Origin: Solirubrobacteraceae bacterium
GTDB taxonomy: Bacteria > Actinomycetota > Thermoleophilia > Solirubrobacterales > Solirubrobacteraceae
Reading direction: 5' to 3'
Assembly (NCBI GenBank): GCA_035939635.1
Contig: DASZFR010000085.1
Coordinates: 1-43,912 of the forward strand
DNA length: 43,912 nucleotides
Below the pieces are notes generated by a model that saw only the letters and a program-made list of their open reading frames with translations, ran no database searches and was not told the DNA's origin. Positions 10,003 through 19,909 of the stretch are shown here, piece by piece; positions within the stretch are counted from its first letter, which is position 1, and every line of letters begins with the position of its first letter. Position numbers and translations under genes: made by a program.

Positions 10003-10524
10003 ATGGCAACGTTGGTCGCGATCGGATATGCGGATGAGACGACCGCAGAGGAGGCGCGGAAGACCGTTCAGCGCCTCGAAGCGGATCTGGTCATCCAGGC
10101 TGATCAGGTCGCCGCAATATCACGTGACCAGGCCGGGAAGTTCCATACCACCACGAGCCACATGGGCGCATCCGCCTCCGGTGGAGCAGTTTGGGGTGGC
10201 TTCTGGGGACTCTTGTTCGGTCTGCTCTTCTTCATTCCATTCGCCGGCTGGGCGATTGGCGCGGGTTTCGGCGCGCTGTTCGGCCACCTGGGCAAAAACG
10301 CGATTGACTCGTCCTTCCAGCAGCAGGTTCGGGACTACGTCCAGCCCGGCACGTCCGCGCTGTTCATGATCATCGAGAAAGCGACGCCGGACAAGGCGAT
10401 TGCGGCCCTGCAGCAGTACGGCGGCACGGTCTTCAAAACCTCGCTTTCTGACGAGGACACGGCCAAGCTGCAGCAGGCCCTCAGCCCCGAGCACCCCGAG
10501 CAGCCCGTCGGGGCGAGCGCTTAG
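10003..10524 (+). CDS. DUF1269 family membrane protein
   Basis: AGGGAG RBS. MATLVAIGY...GGFWGLLFGLLFF...PGTSALF...YGGTVFKTSLS is typical of the family. Confidence 0.85.
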   Translation: MATLVAIGYADETTAEEARKTVQRLEADLVIQADQVAAISRDQAGKFHTTTSHMGASASGGAVWGGFWGLLFGLLFFIPFAGWAIGAGFGALFGHLGKNAIDSSFQQQVRDYVQPGTSALFMIIEKATPDKAIAALQQYGGTVFKTSLSDEDTAKLQQALSPEHPEQPVGASA

Positions 10525-10692
10525 CACGACGGCTGCCTGTCCACGGCTCGGCCGCGGCGAAGCGAACAAGCCGTGGCCGAGTCGTAGGCGTGCGCAACGC
10601 AGCGCGCGGTGCAGCGCCCCGTGCTCATGTTCTTGCATCGCGCGGGCTGCGATCAAGCGCCGCCGGAGCGAGCGCAGGTCGCCGGCGTGTCG

Positions 10693-11154
10693 CTACGCCG
10701 GCGGCGTGTCGCTGCCGAGGGCTGACCGGATCGAGTCGATCGCGGCGCGCTCTGCGTCGCTGACGTTGTCCGCTGCATCGCCGTGCTCGCGATGGGCGCT
10801 TGCGACCCTCTCCGCAAGGCCGATCACGAACTGCTTGTAGGCTGCCTGCTCCTCCGCGGTCGCTTTTGCGTCGAGTAGCGCCACGGCGTCGCGCACATGT
10901 GCGAGCGCGTGCTCTTTGAGCTCGTCGGGAGAGTGGTAGCGCGTGTGATCGACCTCGGGCTTGGCCGCCACGATTTCATCGAGCAGCTCGCTTTCACCGT
11001 GACGCTGACGAGCCTCGGCATAGAACTTCCCGATCGCGATCGTCTCGCGGAATGTGCCCCCGCGCTGCGCCGTCACCACCAGCAGGGAGGCGCTAGGCGG
11101 CGCCTCCAGGACCTGGTCCCACTCCGTCGGCGTGAACGCTTGCTTTGTAGTCAT
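10693..11154 (-). CDS. Hypothetical protein (TerB-like helical)
   Basis: GAGGAAGG RBS then ATG at 11154 (MTTKQAFTPTEW). Ends in VSDAERAAIDSIRSALG. The fold call is inference. Confidence 0.7.
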   Translation of the reverse strand: MTTKQAFTPTEWDQVLEAPPSASLLVVTAQRGGTFRETIAIGKFYAEARQRHGESELLDEIVAAKPEVDHTRYHSPDELKEHALAHVRDAVALLDAKATAEEQAAYKQFVIGLAERVASAHREHGDAADNVSDAERAAIDSIRSALGSDTPPA

Positions 11155-11286
11155 AGAACCTTCCTCTGCTGGCGCTTGCCGGGGACGGCTATCGCTGGCG
11201 ATCGACTTCGCCGACGCCACGACTGTCGGCGGCGATCGGCTCCGGCGACGCCACGCCTCAACGTACTGAGGACCGTAGCCGGCGGG

Positions 11287-11303
11287 TCACCCCGTTTGGA
11301 TGA
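11287..11303. promoter_or_regulatory. Palindromic box TCACCC-CGTTT-GGATGA, probable bidirectional promoter
   Basis: GATGCT (11326-11331, +) at 22 bp and TACGTT (11265-11260, -) at 21 bp. Confidence 0.8.
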
Positions 11304-11338
11304 GGCGCCCACAGCAGCGGCGAGCGATGCTGCCGTCG

Positions 11339-11779
11339 ATGTGGGTCGGGCAAGGAGCTGGGACGAGCGCCGAGTCCGAGGGGTCAGCAGCTGGCGCCCC
11401 GACGCACCCGCGCGCCCCGAGCAATCCGCGCGCGCAGGCTCGGATCGGACGCTGGTGGGCTCGCATTCGCCGCCGCGCGCCACACCAAGCTGCGCCGGCC
11501 GTGCGATTGCCAGACGCAGTTCCCGGGCGGGCCGGGGCGCGCCCGCCGCGCGCTGCCGGCTGCGAGCTGTTGGTCGGCGACTACGTCACCGACGGTCGCT
11601 CGCTGTTTCGCGTCGAGCACATGCACACCGACCCGCGCACCGGAAGGAGCTTCGTCGAGCTCGAGAATTGCACCACGCTGGAGCTGAGCGCCGGGCCGGT
11701 GGACCATCCTTTTGCGTTGGGGCTGCGGAGTGTGACCCCGGTGGGTGCATTGCAGCCGGGCGACGCCGCAGCCGCATGA
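11339..11779 (+). CDS. Hypothetical protein
   Basis: Globular-looking C-terminus (LVGDYVTDGRSLFRVEH...FVELENCTTLEL). ATG at 11339 is 8 nt after the predicted -10. Confidence 0.45.
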   Translation: MWVGQGAGTSAESEGSAAGAPTHPRAPSNPRAQARIGRWWARIRRRAPHQAAPAVRLPDAVPGRAGARPPRAAGCELLVGDYVTDGRSLFRVEHMHTDPRTGRSFVELENCTTLELSAGPVDHPFALGLRSVTPVGALQPGDAAAA

Positions 11780-11838
11780 GAGATGAGAGCGTGCTGCCCT
11801 CCGGCGGCGCTGCAGCTCCACGCGATTGAGAGGCCTGG

Positions 11839-13197
11839 TTGGTCCGACCCCCCCGATCCGGCGATGGCGTAGCTGAGAGGCGATCGTGGCGCCGCCGCGC
11901 CGCCGCGGTGGTGGCACTCATCGCACCCGTTGCGATGGCGGCACTGGCCGCGGTCGCGCTCGCGGGTCATCTGGGGATCGCGCTGCTCGCCGTGGCGCTC
12001 GTGATGGCGGCGAGCGGCGCCACCTGGCTTGCCCTCACTCGTCGTGGCGCGCAGCGCGTTGCGGCCGTAGCGGTGGCAGCGCTGGCGGCGGCCGGACTGA
12101 TCGTGACGGTCGCGACGCACTGGCAGGGGCTGCTCGTGCTGCTGGGATTACTCGCGCTGCTCGGGGTATTCGGCCTGGCCGCGCGTTACGCGCTCTCTGA
12201 CTCTGGGCAAACCGCGGCGGCCGCGTTTGTGCCCGCGGGCGCCGCCGCATCGGCAGTCTTGATCATCAACCTCAAGTCGGGCGGCGGCAAGGCCGAGCGA
12301 TTTGACCTCGCCGCTGAGGCTCGTCGACGAGGAATCGAGCCGATCGTGCTGCGCCCCGGCGACGACCTCAAGGAGCTTGCAGAGAGCGCCATCGGACGCG
12401 GTGCCGAAGTCGTGGGAATGGCGGGAGGCGACGGGTCGCAGGCGCTCGTGGCAACGGTGGTTGCTCAGCGGGAGGTCGCGCATGTCTGCATTCCAGCCGG
12501 CACCCGCAACCACTTCGCGTTGGACCTCGGCCTCGACCGCGACGATGTCGTCGGCGCGCTCGACGCCTACACCGACGGCGTCGAGCGGCGCATCGATCTC
12601 GCTCGCGTCAACGATCGCGTGTTCGTCAACAACGCCTCTTTGGGCGTCTACGCGAAGGTCGTGCAGTCCGATGCCTACCGCGACGCCAAGCTCGAGACCT
12701 GGACGAACATGCTGCCCGAGCTACTCGGCCCCGAGGCCGAGCCGCTCGATCTGCACTTCACGATGCCCGACGGGAGCAACTGCGACGACGCCCCGCTCGT
12801 GCTCGTGTCGAACAACCCCTACCGGCTCACGCACATGGCCGGCGCCGGCACGCGTGAGCGGCTGGACAGCGCAACGCTTGGCGTGGTCGCCGCGCGCGTC
12901 CACAGCGCCGGTGACGTGTCAAGACTGGTGGCGCTCGAGCTCGTTGGCCAGGTCGGCCGCTTTCCCGGACTCTTGACGTGGTCGACCGACAAGTTTGAGG
13001 TGCACTCGAGCGGCCCCGTCGAGGTGGGGCTCGACGGCGAGGCGCTGGTGCTCGAGCCACCGCTGCGATTCGCCTCTTTGCCGGGGGCGTTGCGCGTGCG
13101 CGTGCCGCGGGGGGCGGCTGTGTCAGCGCACGCGCGCGCGGTCGCGCTCACGGGTGACAACCTCGGGGCGTTGTTGCGTGTGGCCGGCGAAAGCTGA
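11839..13197 (+). CDS. Diacylglycerol kinase family lipid kinase with N-terminal TM domain
   Basis: INLKSGGG, AGGDGS, PAGTRNHFA, FVNNASLG and LDGE motifs, with ~4 N-terminal TMs. Confidence 0.9.
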   Translation: MVRPPRSGDGVAERRSWRRRAAAVVALIAPVAMAALAAVALAGHLGIALLAVALVMAASGATWLALTRRGAQRVAAVAVAALAAAGLIVTVATHWQGLLVLLGLLALLGVFGLAARYALSDSGQTAAAAFVPAGAAASAVLIINLKSGGGKAERFDLAAEARRRGIEPIVLRPGDDLKELAESAIGRGAEVVGMAGGDGSQALVATVVAQREVAHVCIPAGTRNHFALDLGLDRDDVVGALDAYTDGVERRIDLARVNDRVFVNNASLGVYAKVVQSDAYRDAKLETWTNMLPELLGPEAEPLDLHFTMPDGSNCDDAPLVLVSNNPYRLTHMAGAGTRERLDSATLGVVAARVHSAGDVSRLVALELVGQVGRFPGLLTWSTDKFEVHSSGPVEVGLDGEALVLEPPLRFASLPGALRVRVPRGAAVSAHARAVALTGDNLGALLRVAGES

Positions 13198-13284
13198 GCA
13201 TCGCGGCATCGCCTCGGCGCACTTGCAACCGGCGTTTCTGACGGCGCATGCGTCAGGGCACGCCGGGGAGGAGGTCTGCTAGCC

Positions 13285-13821
13285 ATGCGTTCTTGGCTGC
13301 GCCGCCTGGACAGCGGCTTGCTGAAGCACTCGTACCGGCGGCGCTCGCGCCGATCCGACCGCGCGCTGGTGGCTGTGACGCAGGCAGCAACCTACTCGCG
13401 CCTTTGGCTGCTGATCGCCGGCGGCCTGGCAGTGGCGGGAGGCAGGCCGGCGCGCGGGGCGGCGTGCCGCGGGGTGGCGGCGCTCGTCATCGCCTCCGCT
13501 GTGTCCAATGGTCCGGCCAAGCTGCTCGTGCGCCGGCGCCGTCCCGTCTCGCGCTCGCGACCCCCGCTCATTCAGATGCCGCGCTCGACGTCGTTTCCCT
13601 CGGGCCACAGCGCCTCTGGGTTCGCGTTCGCCACGGGGGTCTGCAGCGAGCTTCCGGGCTTGGCGCCCGTGCTCATCCCCTTGGCTTTCGCCGTCGCTTA
13701 CTCGCGCGTCTACACCGGCGTCCACTACCCGAGCGACGTCGTTGGGGGAGCCGCGATCGGGGTCGCGTGCGGTGTGATCGCAACGCGCCTGCCGTGCGTC
13801 GGTGAACAGCCCCCCCAATGA
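13285..13821 (+). CDS. PAP2 family phosphatase
   Basis: KxxxxxxRP, PSGH and SRVYTGVHYPSD motifs. Confidence 0.9.
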   Translation: MRSWLRRLDSGLLKHSYRRRSRRSDRALVAVTQAATYSRLWLLIAGGLAVAGGRPARGAACRGVAALVIASAVSNGPAKLLVRRRRPVSRSRPPLIQMPRSTSFPSGHSASGFAFATGVCSELPGLAPVLIPLAFAVAYSRVYTGVHYPSDVVGGAAIGVACGVIATRLPCVGEQPPQ

Positions 13822-15533
13822 GCTCGTCGCGCACGGCCCGAGCCGAACGGTTGATGCCAGGGGTTGGCGTGGTGCGCGGTTACCAGCGTTCGTGGCTTCG
13901 CACGGACCTCCTGGCGGGAGCGGTACTCGCCGCGATCCTCGTGCCCCAGGGCATGGCATACGCGCAGCTGGCCGGCCTGCCGGCCGTTACCGGGCTGTAC
14001 ACGACGATCGCTTGTCTCGTGGGCTACGCGGTCTTCGGGCCCTCACGAGTGCTGGTGCTCGGTCCCGACTCGTCGATCTCCCCCTTGATACTCGCGGCGA
14101 TCACGCCGCTGCTGGTCGGCGCAGACGAGACTGCCGCGATCACGCTGGCCGGCATGCTCGCGCTGCTGGTCGGCGCGGTCGAGATCGGCGTGGGCCTGGG
14201 AAAACTCGGCTTCGTCGCCGACCTGCTCTCCAAGGAGGTGCAGGTGGGCTACATGAATGGCCTCGGGATCACGATCATCGCGGGACAGCTGCCGAAGCTG
14301 TTCGGGTTTTCCACCAACGCCGACTCGTTCCTCAAGGAGGTGAAGGTCTTCGTGGAAGGCCTCGATGAGACACACGCCGCGACTCTGGCGGTAGGCATCG
14401 CGGCGCTCGCCCTGCTTTTGTTGCTGCCCCGCATCACGACCCGCGTGCCGGCCGTGCTGGCCGCGGTGGTGGGAGCGACCGCCCTCTCTGCCGCGGTGGG
14501 GCTCTCAGACCATGGCGTCTCGACGGTCGGCACGCTGCCCAAGGGAGTTCCAACCCCCTCGATCCCGTGGACCAACGCCGGCGATGTCGCTCCCCTGTTC
14601 CTCGCCGCAATCGGCATCGCGCTTGTGTCGCTGACCGACACCATCGCCACGGCCACGAGCTTTGCGGCGCGCCGCGGCGACGAAGTCAAGCCAAACCAGG
14701 AGATGATCGGCATCGGCGCCGCCAACATCGCTGCGGGGCTGTTTCAGGGCTTCGCGGTCTCCACCAGCGGCTCACGCACCGCGGTCGCCGAACAGGCGGG
14801 CGCGAAGAGTCAGGTCACGGGCGTAGTGGGTGCGGCTCTCGTCGCCGCACTGCTGCTGTTCTTCAACTCGCTGCTCGCCGCTCTGCCGCAGAGCGCACTC
14901 GCCGCGGTCGTGATCGTGGCAGCGCTTTCGCTGATGGACATCCGCGCTCTACGGCGCTATCTGCAGATACGCAGAAGCGCCTTCGCCATATCGCTCGTCG
15001 CCACGGCGGGCGTGGTGCTGCTCGGCGTGTTGCAGGGAATCGTTGTCGCTGTTGTGCTTGCGATTGCGCTGTTCTTCCGACGCAACTGGTGGCCCCACGG
15101 CGCGATCCTCGGCAAGCTCCCGGGCGCGAAGGGCTGGCACGACGTGAAGACCAATCCAGACGCGGAGCAGATTCCAGGGATCGTGGTGTACCGCTGGGAG
15201 GCTCCCCTGTTCTTCGCCAACGCGGGCTCGTTCGGCCAACAGATCCGCAAGATCGTGCGCGACTGTCACCCGCGATGGGTGGTCTTGCAATGCGAGGCCG
15301 TCACAGACGTCGACGTGACGGCTGCCGAGATGCTCGAGCGGCTTGACAACGAGCTCAACGCGGCCGGCACCCATCTTGCGTTCGCCGAGATGCGCCGCCG
15401 TCTTCAGGAGCTGACGCTGCGATATGGCCTGCTCGAGACGCTCGATCGCGACCACTTCTATCCAACTCTTGACGCCGCGCTCGAGCACATCCAGTCGCTC
15501 GATGCCACCACCGAGCAGCCGGCGATCGGCTAG
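13818..15533 (+). CDS. SulP/SLC26 anion transporter with STAS domain
   Basis: VPQGMAYAQLAGLP, GLY, NQE, SGSRT, and C-terminal STAS (PLFFAN, VTDVDVTA). ATGA overlap with PAP2. Confidence 0.93.
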   Translation: MSSSRTARAERLMPGVGVVRGYQRSWLRTDLLAGAVLAAILVPQGMAYAQLAGLPAVTGLYTTIACLVGYAVFGPSRVLVLGPDSSISPLILAAITPLLVGADETAAITLAGMLALLVGAVEIGVGLGKLGFVADLLSKEVQVGYMNGLGITIIAGQLPKLFGFSTNADSFLKEVKVFVEGLDETHAATLAVGIAALALLLLLPRITTRVPAVLAAVVGATALSAAVGLSDHGVSTVGTLPKGVPTPSIPWTNAGDVAPLFLAAIGIALVSLTDTIATATSFAARRGDEVKPNQEMIGIGAANIAAGLFQGFAVSTSGSRTAVAEQAGAKSQVTGVVGAALVAALLLFFNSLLAALPQSALAAVVIVAALSLMDIRALRRYLQIRRSAFAISLVATAGVVLLGVLQGIVVAVVLAIALFFRRNWWPHGAILGKLPGAKGWHDVKTNPDAEQIPGIVVYRWEAPLFFANAGSFGQQIRKIVRDCHPRWVVLQCEAVTDVDVTAAEMLERLDNELNAAGTHLAFAEMRRRLQELTLRYGLLETLDRDHFYPTLDAALEHIQSLDATTEQPAIG

Positions 15534-15560
15534 GCACGCCGACCGCGCTGCGCTTGCCGC

Positions 15561-16088
15561 TCAGGAGGACTTGACAGAGGCGGGGTCCACGGTCCCGTTT
15601 GCTTCGCTGAACGTGAACGTAACGGTGCCTGTGGCGTGGCCCTGGGCCCCACTCACGTTGCAGGTCACGGTCGTGCCCACCTTGACGATCACTGTCTGCG
15701 GGCAAGTCACCTTGGCAGCGGGCGCCCCCTGCGCTGCGAGCGACTTTTCGATCGAGGAGGCCGCGGCTGTACCTGGGATCTGCACCGACCCCGGCGCGAA
15801 CGCGTAGGTGTAGCGGTTGCCCCCCTCCTGGGTGACCGTCACCTTGCCGCTGCCGCCGTTGCTCAATGACGCGCTGCACGTAAACGTCGCGCCCTTTTGT
15901 ACGGGAACGTCGCTGGGACAGTCCACGTTCGTCACGTTGACCGAGGAGGTCGAGAGGTCGGCCTTGATGCCGTCCTCGACGTGTGCCGCGTTCACAGTGG
16001 TGCTACCACCACCGCAGCCGCTCACGGCCAGCGGGGCCAGCAGCAACACGCACCCGGCGAGCGTCGACACCCATACGCTGCCGATCAT
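15561..16088 (-). CDS. Lipoprotein with tandem DUF4333-like domains
   Basis: Lipobox VSGC. Two V.CP......G.T.TC repeats. Coupled to the ATPase stop (ATGA). Confidence 0.75.
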   Translation of the reverse strand: MIGSVWVSTLAGCVLLLAPLAVSGCGGGSTTVNAAHVEDGIKADLSTSSVNVTNVDCPSDVPVQKGATFTCSASLSNGGSGKVTVTQEGGNRYTYAFAPGSVQIPGTAAASSIEKSLAAQGAPAAKVTCPQTVIVKVGTTVTCNVSGAQGHATGTVTFTFSEANGTVDPASVKSS

Positions 16089-18835
16089 GAGGCGCCAACC
16101 GGGCTCGGCGCTGACGAGCGGGGCAGCGCGCTCGCCGCGCTGCGGCGAGCGATGAGCTTGCCGGCCTCCCAGAGCACCAACAGCAGCACCGCGCTGGCAA
16201 GCGCGAGCCCGAACTGTGCGGCCGTGAGCGGCATCGTGTCGAGCAGACGGTTGAACAGATCCATCTGCGTGATCATCACCGCGAGGGCGATCTCGACGAG
16301 GGCCGTCCAGTTCATTTTCGCGTTGTCGAAGGTCTCGCGAGCGAGAATCGAGAGCGAGACGCTGCGGCTCTCGTATGCGGCCACCACGAGCATCAGCGCG
16401 AACGCGCTCAGCGCGATCGACGACCCCACCACGACGCTGTGGTAGTGCTGCTTACCGAAGTAGATGAGGGCGTCGAGCACGGCGGCCATATATAGGCCCA
16501 CGAGCGCGGAGGTGAGCTTTACCCCGGTCGTGATGATCGACTCGCTGCTCGGGCGCGGGCGCAGGCGCATGAGACCGGGAGTGGCCCGGTCGAGCCCTAG
16601 CGCGACGCCAAATGGGGCGCTCACGAAGAAGTGGATGTAGAGCACCTGCGCCGGCGAGAACGGCTCGCCGGATGCGATGTTGAGCAGCGTTGCGCCGAGG
16701 AACGTAAGTACGAACGCCACCAGCGAGATCAGGACGAAGCGAACGTACTTGGTGAGGTTGTCGTAGATCTTGCGCCCTTGCTCGACCGCGCGCACGATGG
16801 TGGCGAAGTTGTCGTCGGTGAGGATCATGCGGCCGGCGTTCTTGGCGACCTCGGTGCCGCTGCCCATCGCGACGCCGATATGGGCGGCCTTGATCGACGG
16901 CGCATCGTTGACGCCGTCGCCGGTCATCGCGACTACGTCGCCGCGCTTCTTCAACGTCTCGACCAGCAGCACCTTGTGCTCGGGTGCCACGCGACCCACG
17001 ACGCCGATTTGATCGATGCGCGACAGCCGCCCGGACTCGTCGAGCGCCGCGAAGTCCGCCCCGAGGATCGCTTCGCCCTCGATCCCGAGCTGCTTGGCGA
17101 TGGCAGCGCCGGTGACCACGTCGTCTCCGGTGACCATGCGCACGCGGATGTGCGCCTTTTGCGCGTCTTGGACCGCCTGCTTTGACTCCGCCCGCGGCGG
17201 ATCGACCATCCCGACGAGGCTGGTTATCTGCAGGCCGTCCACGTAGTCCAGCAGCTCTCCGTCAGGATCGAACGACTCCGGCTCCACGTCGCGGAACCCG
17301 CCGGCCATGACGCGCAAGCCTTCTTCTCCCATCCGCCGCACGTTGGCATCGGCTCGCGATCGCAGGTCCTCGTCCCAGGGGACGCTCGCGCCTGCCGAGA
17401 GGGCGCTGGACGTGTGGCTCATCACCGCGGGGGCGGCACCCTTCACGTAACAGCGCACGACGTCCTTGCCTGACGCGTCCGCAGCCCTGGCAAAGACAGC
17501 CATCAGCTTGTAGGTCGGGTCGAACGGCAGCGTGGCCAGGCGCCCGTAACGTTCTCGCGTGCCATCGATGTCCAGGCCGGCCTTGTGCGCGAGCACGAGC
17601 AGCGCCCCCTCGGTGGGGTCGCCCACCACTTTGCCTTCCACGAGCTCTGCGTCGCTGGCGACGACGTAGGGAAGGATCGCGTCGTCGAGCGTGTCCGAGG
17701 AGCCCGCGACACGCTGCACGATCCCCTCCAGCTCGTAGCCCGAGCCGGAGATCGTGTATCGGTCGGTGGGGTCGAGCACCTCTACCGCGGTCATCTGGTT
17801 CATCGTCAGCGTCCCGGTCTTATCCGAGTTGATCACCGAGGTCGAGCCGAGCGTCTCCACTGAGGCAAGGTCCTTCAGCACCGCGCCGTGCTCGGCGAGG
17901 TCCTTGGCGCCGAGCGACAGGATCACCTGCAGCACGGTGGGCATCGCCTCGGGGATCGCGGCGATCGCCAGCGCGACGGCGCTGGTGAACACGACCGTCG
18001 CCGACTGGCCCCGCTGCGCCCCCAGCACGAACATGATCACCATCGTGATCCCGGCAGCCCCTGCGATCCACAGAGTCAGGGTGTTCAGCTGCCGGGTCAG
18101 CGGCGTCTGCTCGCGCGCCGTGGTCGCGAGCATGCCCGCGATCCTGCCGACCTCGGTGTCGCTGCCCGTCGCGGTCACGATCATCAGGCCGCTGCCGTGC
18201 GTTACCGGCGTGTGCATGAAGGCCATGTCGGTCTGATCGCCCGGCGCCAGGTCCGTGCCCTGCGGCGCTTCGACTCCCTTCGACGCGGGCACGCTCTCGC
18301 CGGTGAGCGCCGACTCGTCGATCTGCAACGAGCTCGCCTGGATGATGCGTCCGTCCGCGGGCACCTCGTCCCCGGCCGCCAGCAGAACGACATCGCCGAC
18401 GACGACCTCCTCGGCCGGGATCTCCGCCTCGGACCCGCCGCGACGCACCCGCGCGCTGGCTTTGACCATCGCCTGTAGCGCGTTCATAGCGCTCTCGGCC
18501 TTGCCCTCCTGGCGTAGGCCGACGACCGCATTCAGAACCGTGATCGCCACGAGTAGGACCCCGGTGCTCCACTGCTTGACCGCCAGCGAAACGATCGCGG
18601 CTGCCAGCAGGATGATCTGCATGTAGCTGCGGTACTGCGCCAGGAACCGCCGCCATCCGGGGGCCGGCTTCTCCGCGGGCAGCGCATTTGGCCCGCTCTC
18701 AGCAAGTAGTTCCGCGGCTTCTACACGGGAAAGCCCTGCGGCGGGATCCACGCCGAGAGCGCCGGCGACGCTGTCGCTCGAGAGGCTGTACCAACGCTCT
18801 CTCTCAGAGCCGTCGACCCGGTCGGCAACGGCCAC
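16085..18835 (-). CDS. Cation-translocating P-type ATPase (P2A-like, atypical ion-binding residues)
   Basis: TGES, DKTGT, MVTGD and TGDGVND motifs, TM4 PEAMP, GGAGGTG RBS. Confidence 0.93.
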   Translation of the reverse strand: MAVADRVDGSERERWYSLSSDSVAGALGVDPAAGLSRVEAAELLAESGPNALPAEKPAPGWRRFLAQYRSYMQIILLAAAIVSLAVKQWSTGVLLVAITVLNAVVGLRQEGKAESAMNALQAMVKASARVRRGGSEAEIPAEEVVVGDVVLLAAGDEVPADGRIIQASSLQIDESALTGESVPASKGVEAPQGTDLAPGDQTDMAFMHTPVTHGSGLMIVTATGSDTEVGRIAGMLATTAREQTPLTRQLNTLTLWIAGAAGITMVIMFVLGAQRGQSATVVFTSAVALAIAAIPEAMPTVLQVILSLGAKDLAEHGAVLKDLASVETLGSTSVINSDKTGTLTMNQMTAVEVLDPTDRYTISGSGYELEGIVQRVAGSSDTLDDAILPYVVASDAELVEGKVVGDPTEGALLVLAHKAGLDIDGTRERYGRLATLPFDPTYKLMAVFARAADASGKDVVRCYVKGAAPAVMSHTSSALSAGASVPWDEDLRSRADANVRRMGEEGLRVMAGGFRDVEPESFDPDGELLDYVDGLQITSLVGMVDPPRAESKQAVQDAQKAHIRVRMVTGDDVVTGAAIAKQLGIEGEAILGADFAALDESGRLSRIDQIGVVGRVAPEHKVLLVETLKKRGDVVAMTGDGVNDAPSIKAAHIGVAMGSGTEVAKNAGRMILTDDNFATIVRAVEQGRKIYDNLTKYVRFVLISLVAFVLTFLGATLLNIASGEPFSPAQVLYIHFFVSAPFGVALGLDRATPGLMRLRPRPSSESIITTGVKLTSALVGLYMAAVLDALIYFGKQHYHSVVVGSSIALSAFALMLVVAAYESRSVSLSILARETFDNAKMNWTALVEIALAVMITQMDLFNRLLDTMPLTAAQFGLALASAVLLLVLWEAGKLIARRSAASALPRSSAPSPVGAS

Positions 18836-19089
18836 GTCGTTTCACCTCCTCGACCCTTCGTCCGAAGCTGTTTCGGGCTGCCCGCACCTCAGGCTTGCTC
18901 ACTTGGGGTCTCGGGCCGGGGTCCGACGGCCTGGCACCCCCGCGGACTCCGGCCGCGGCCTCTGAGCCAGCAGGCTGCCGAGCACGAGGATCGCGCCCAT
19001 CGTGATCAGCGCTTTGGGCGTCGAGCTCCTGCCGTCGAAAGGAAGCTCGTCATCGCGGCGCAGTATCCCGAGGGACCCCGCGCCCGACT

Positions 19090-19106
19090 TCACCCGGATT
19101 GTGTGA
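19090..19106. promoter_or_regulatory. Palindromic box TCACCC-GGATT-GTGTGA
   Basis: Upstream of the P-type ATPase. Minus-strand GATACT (19067-19062) at 22 bp. Confidence 0.75.
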
Positions 19107-19132
19107 ATGAACTCCTGCTGAGCGAAAAGCAC

Positions 19133-19909
19133 TCACGGCCGCGCACGCGCACTCAAGACGCGCGCGACGAACACAGCCCAGCCGCCACCAAGCACCAGGC
19201 CCGCGACCACGTCTGACGGGTAGTGCACGCCAAGGTAGACGCGCGACCAGGCGACGCCGAGCGCGAGCAGAAGAGCGCCGAGGACGCAGACCCGGGCGAC
19301 GCCGCGAGACACTGGCCCGCTCAGCGCGAACGCCAGCGCGAGCCAGAACGCGCACGCCTGCGTCGCGTGTCCCGATGGCCAGCTCGAGCCGGTTACCGCC
19401 TGCAGGTGCTCGACCGGAGGCCTGGGACGCGACGTGAGCAGCTTCACCAGGTCCGAGATCACTATCGCGCCGGCCAGGCTCAGGGCCAGGGTCCACGCCG
19501 GGCGCGACATACCCGCTCGCGCGAGCAGCAGACAGCACGCTGCGCCGAGTGGGACGAGCACAGACGCGCTCCCTGCCCAGGTGATTGCGCGCGCCAGCGT
19601 GATCCACGGCTCGGTGCGGTGTTCGGCAAGCGTCTCCATCGCTTCACGCTCCGCCGAGCCGATAGCCGAGATCCACGCCTCACCGATCGCCCACCCGATC
19701 AGCACAAAGGCCGCAAGTCCAAGTGCGAGCCACATCGCAGCACGCTTCGTCGCGCCGGAGCCGGCCGTGGCGCCCTCGCAATGATCGAGGCTCTCAGCGC
19801 AATCGGGGCCAGGATGAGCCGGAAGCGAGCCCGGCTGATCCTGCCGGCGGGCTAGCGATGAGCGGCCGGCGCGACCCTCACGCCGTGCTTGGGGCCGCGG
19901 CGCGTTCAC
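19133..19909 (-). CDS. PAP2 family phosphatase (membrane)
   Basis: KLLTSRPRP, PSGH and SRVYLGVHYPSD motifs. Start uncertain. Confidence 0.85.
   Translation of the reverse strand: MNAPRPQARREGRAGRSSLARRQDQPGSLPAHPGPDCAESLDHCEGATAGSGATKRAAMWLALGLAAFVLIGWAIGEAWISAIGSAEREAMETLAEHRTEPWITLARAITWAGSASVLVPLGAACCLLLARAGMSRPAWTLALSLAGAIVISDLVKLLTSRPRPPVEHLQAVTGSSWPSGHATQACAFWLALAFALSGPVSRGVARVCVLGALLLALGVAWSRVYLGVHYPSDVVAGLVLGGGWAVFVARVLSARARP

Noticed and set aside
18899-19132. 77-aa minus-strand ORF upstream of the ATPase
   Set aside because: It spans the operator and predicted promoter, so it is more likely promoter plus 5' UTR.
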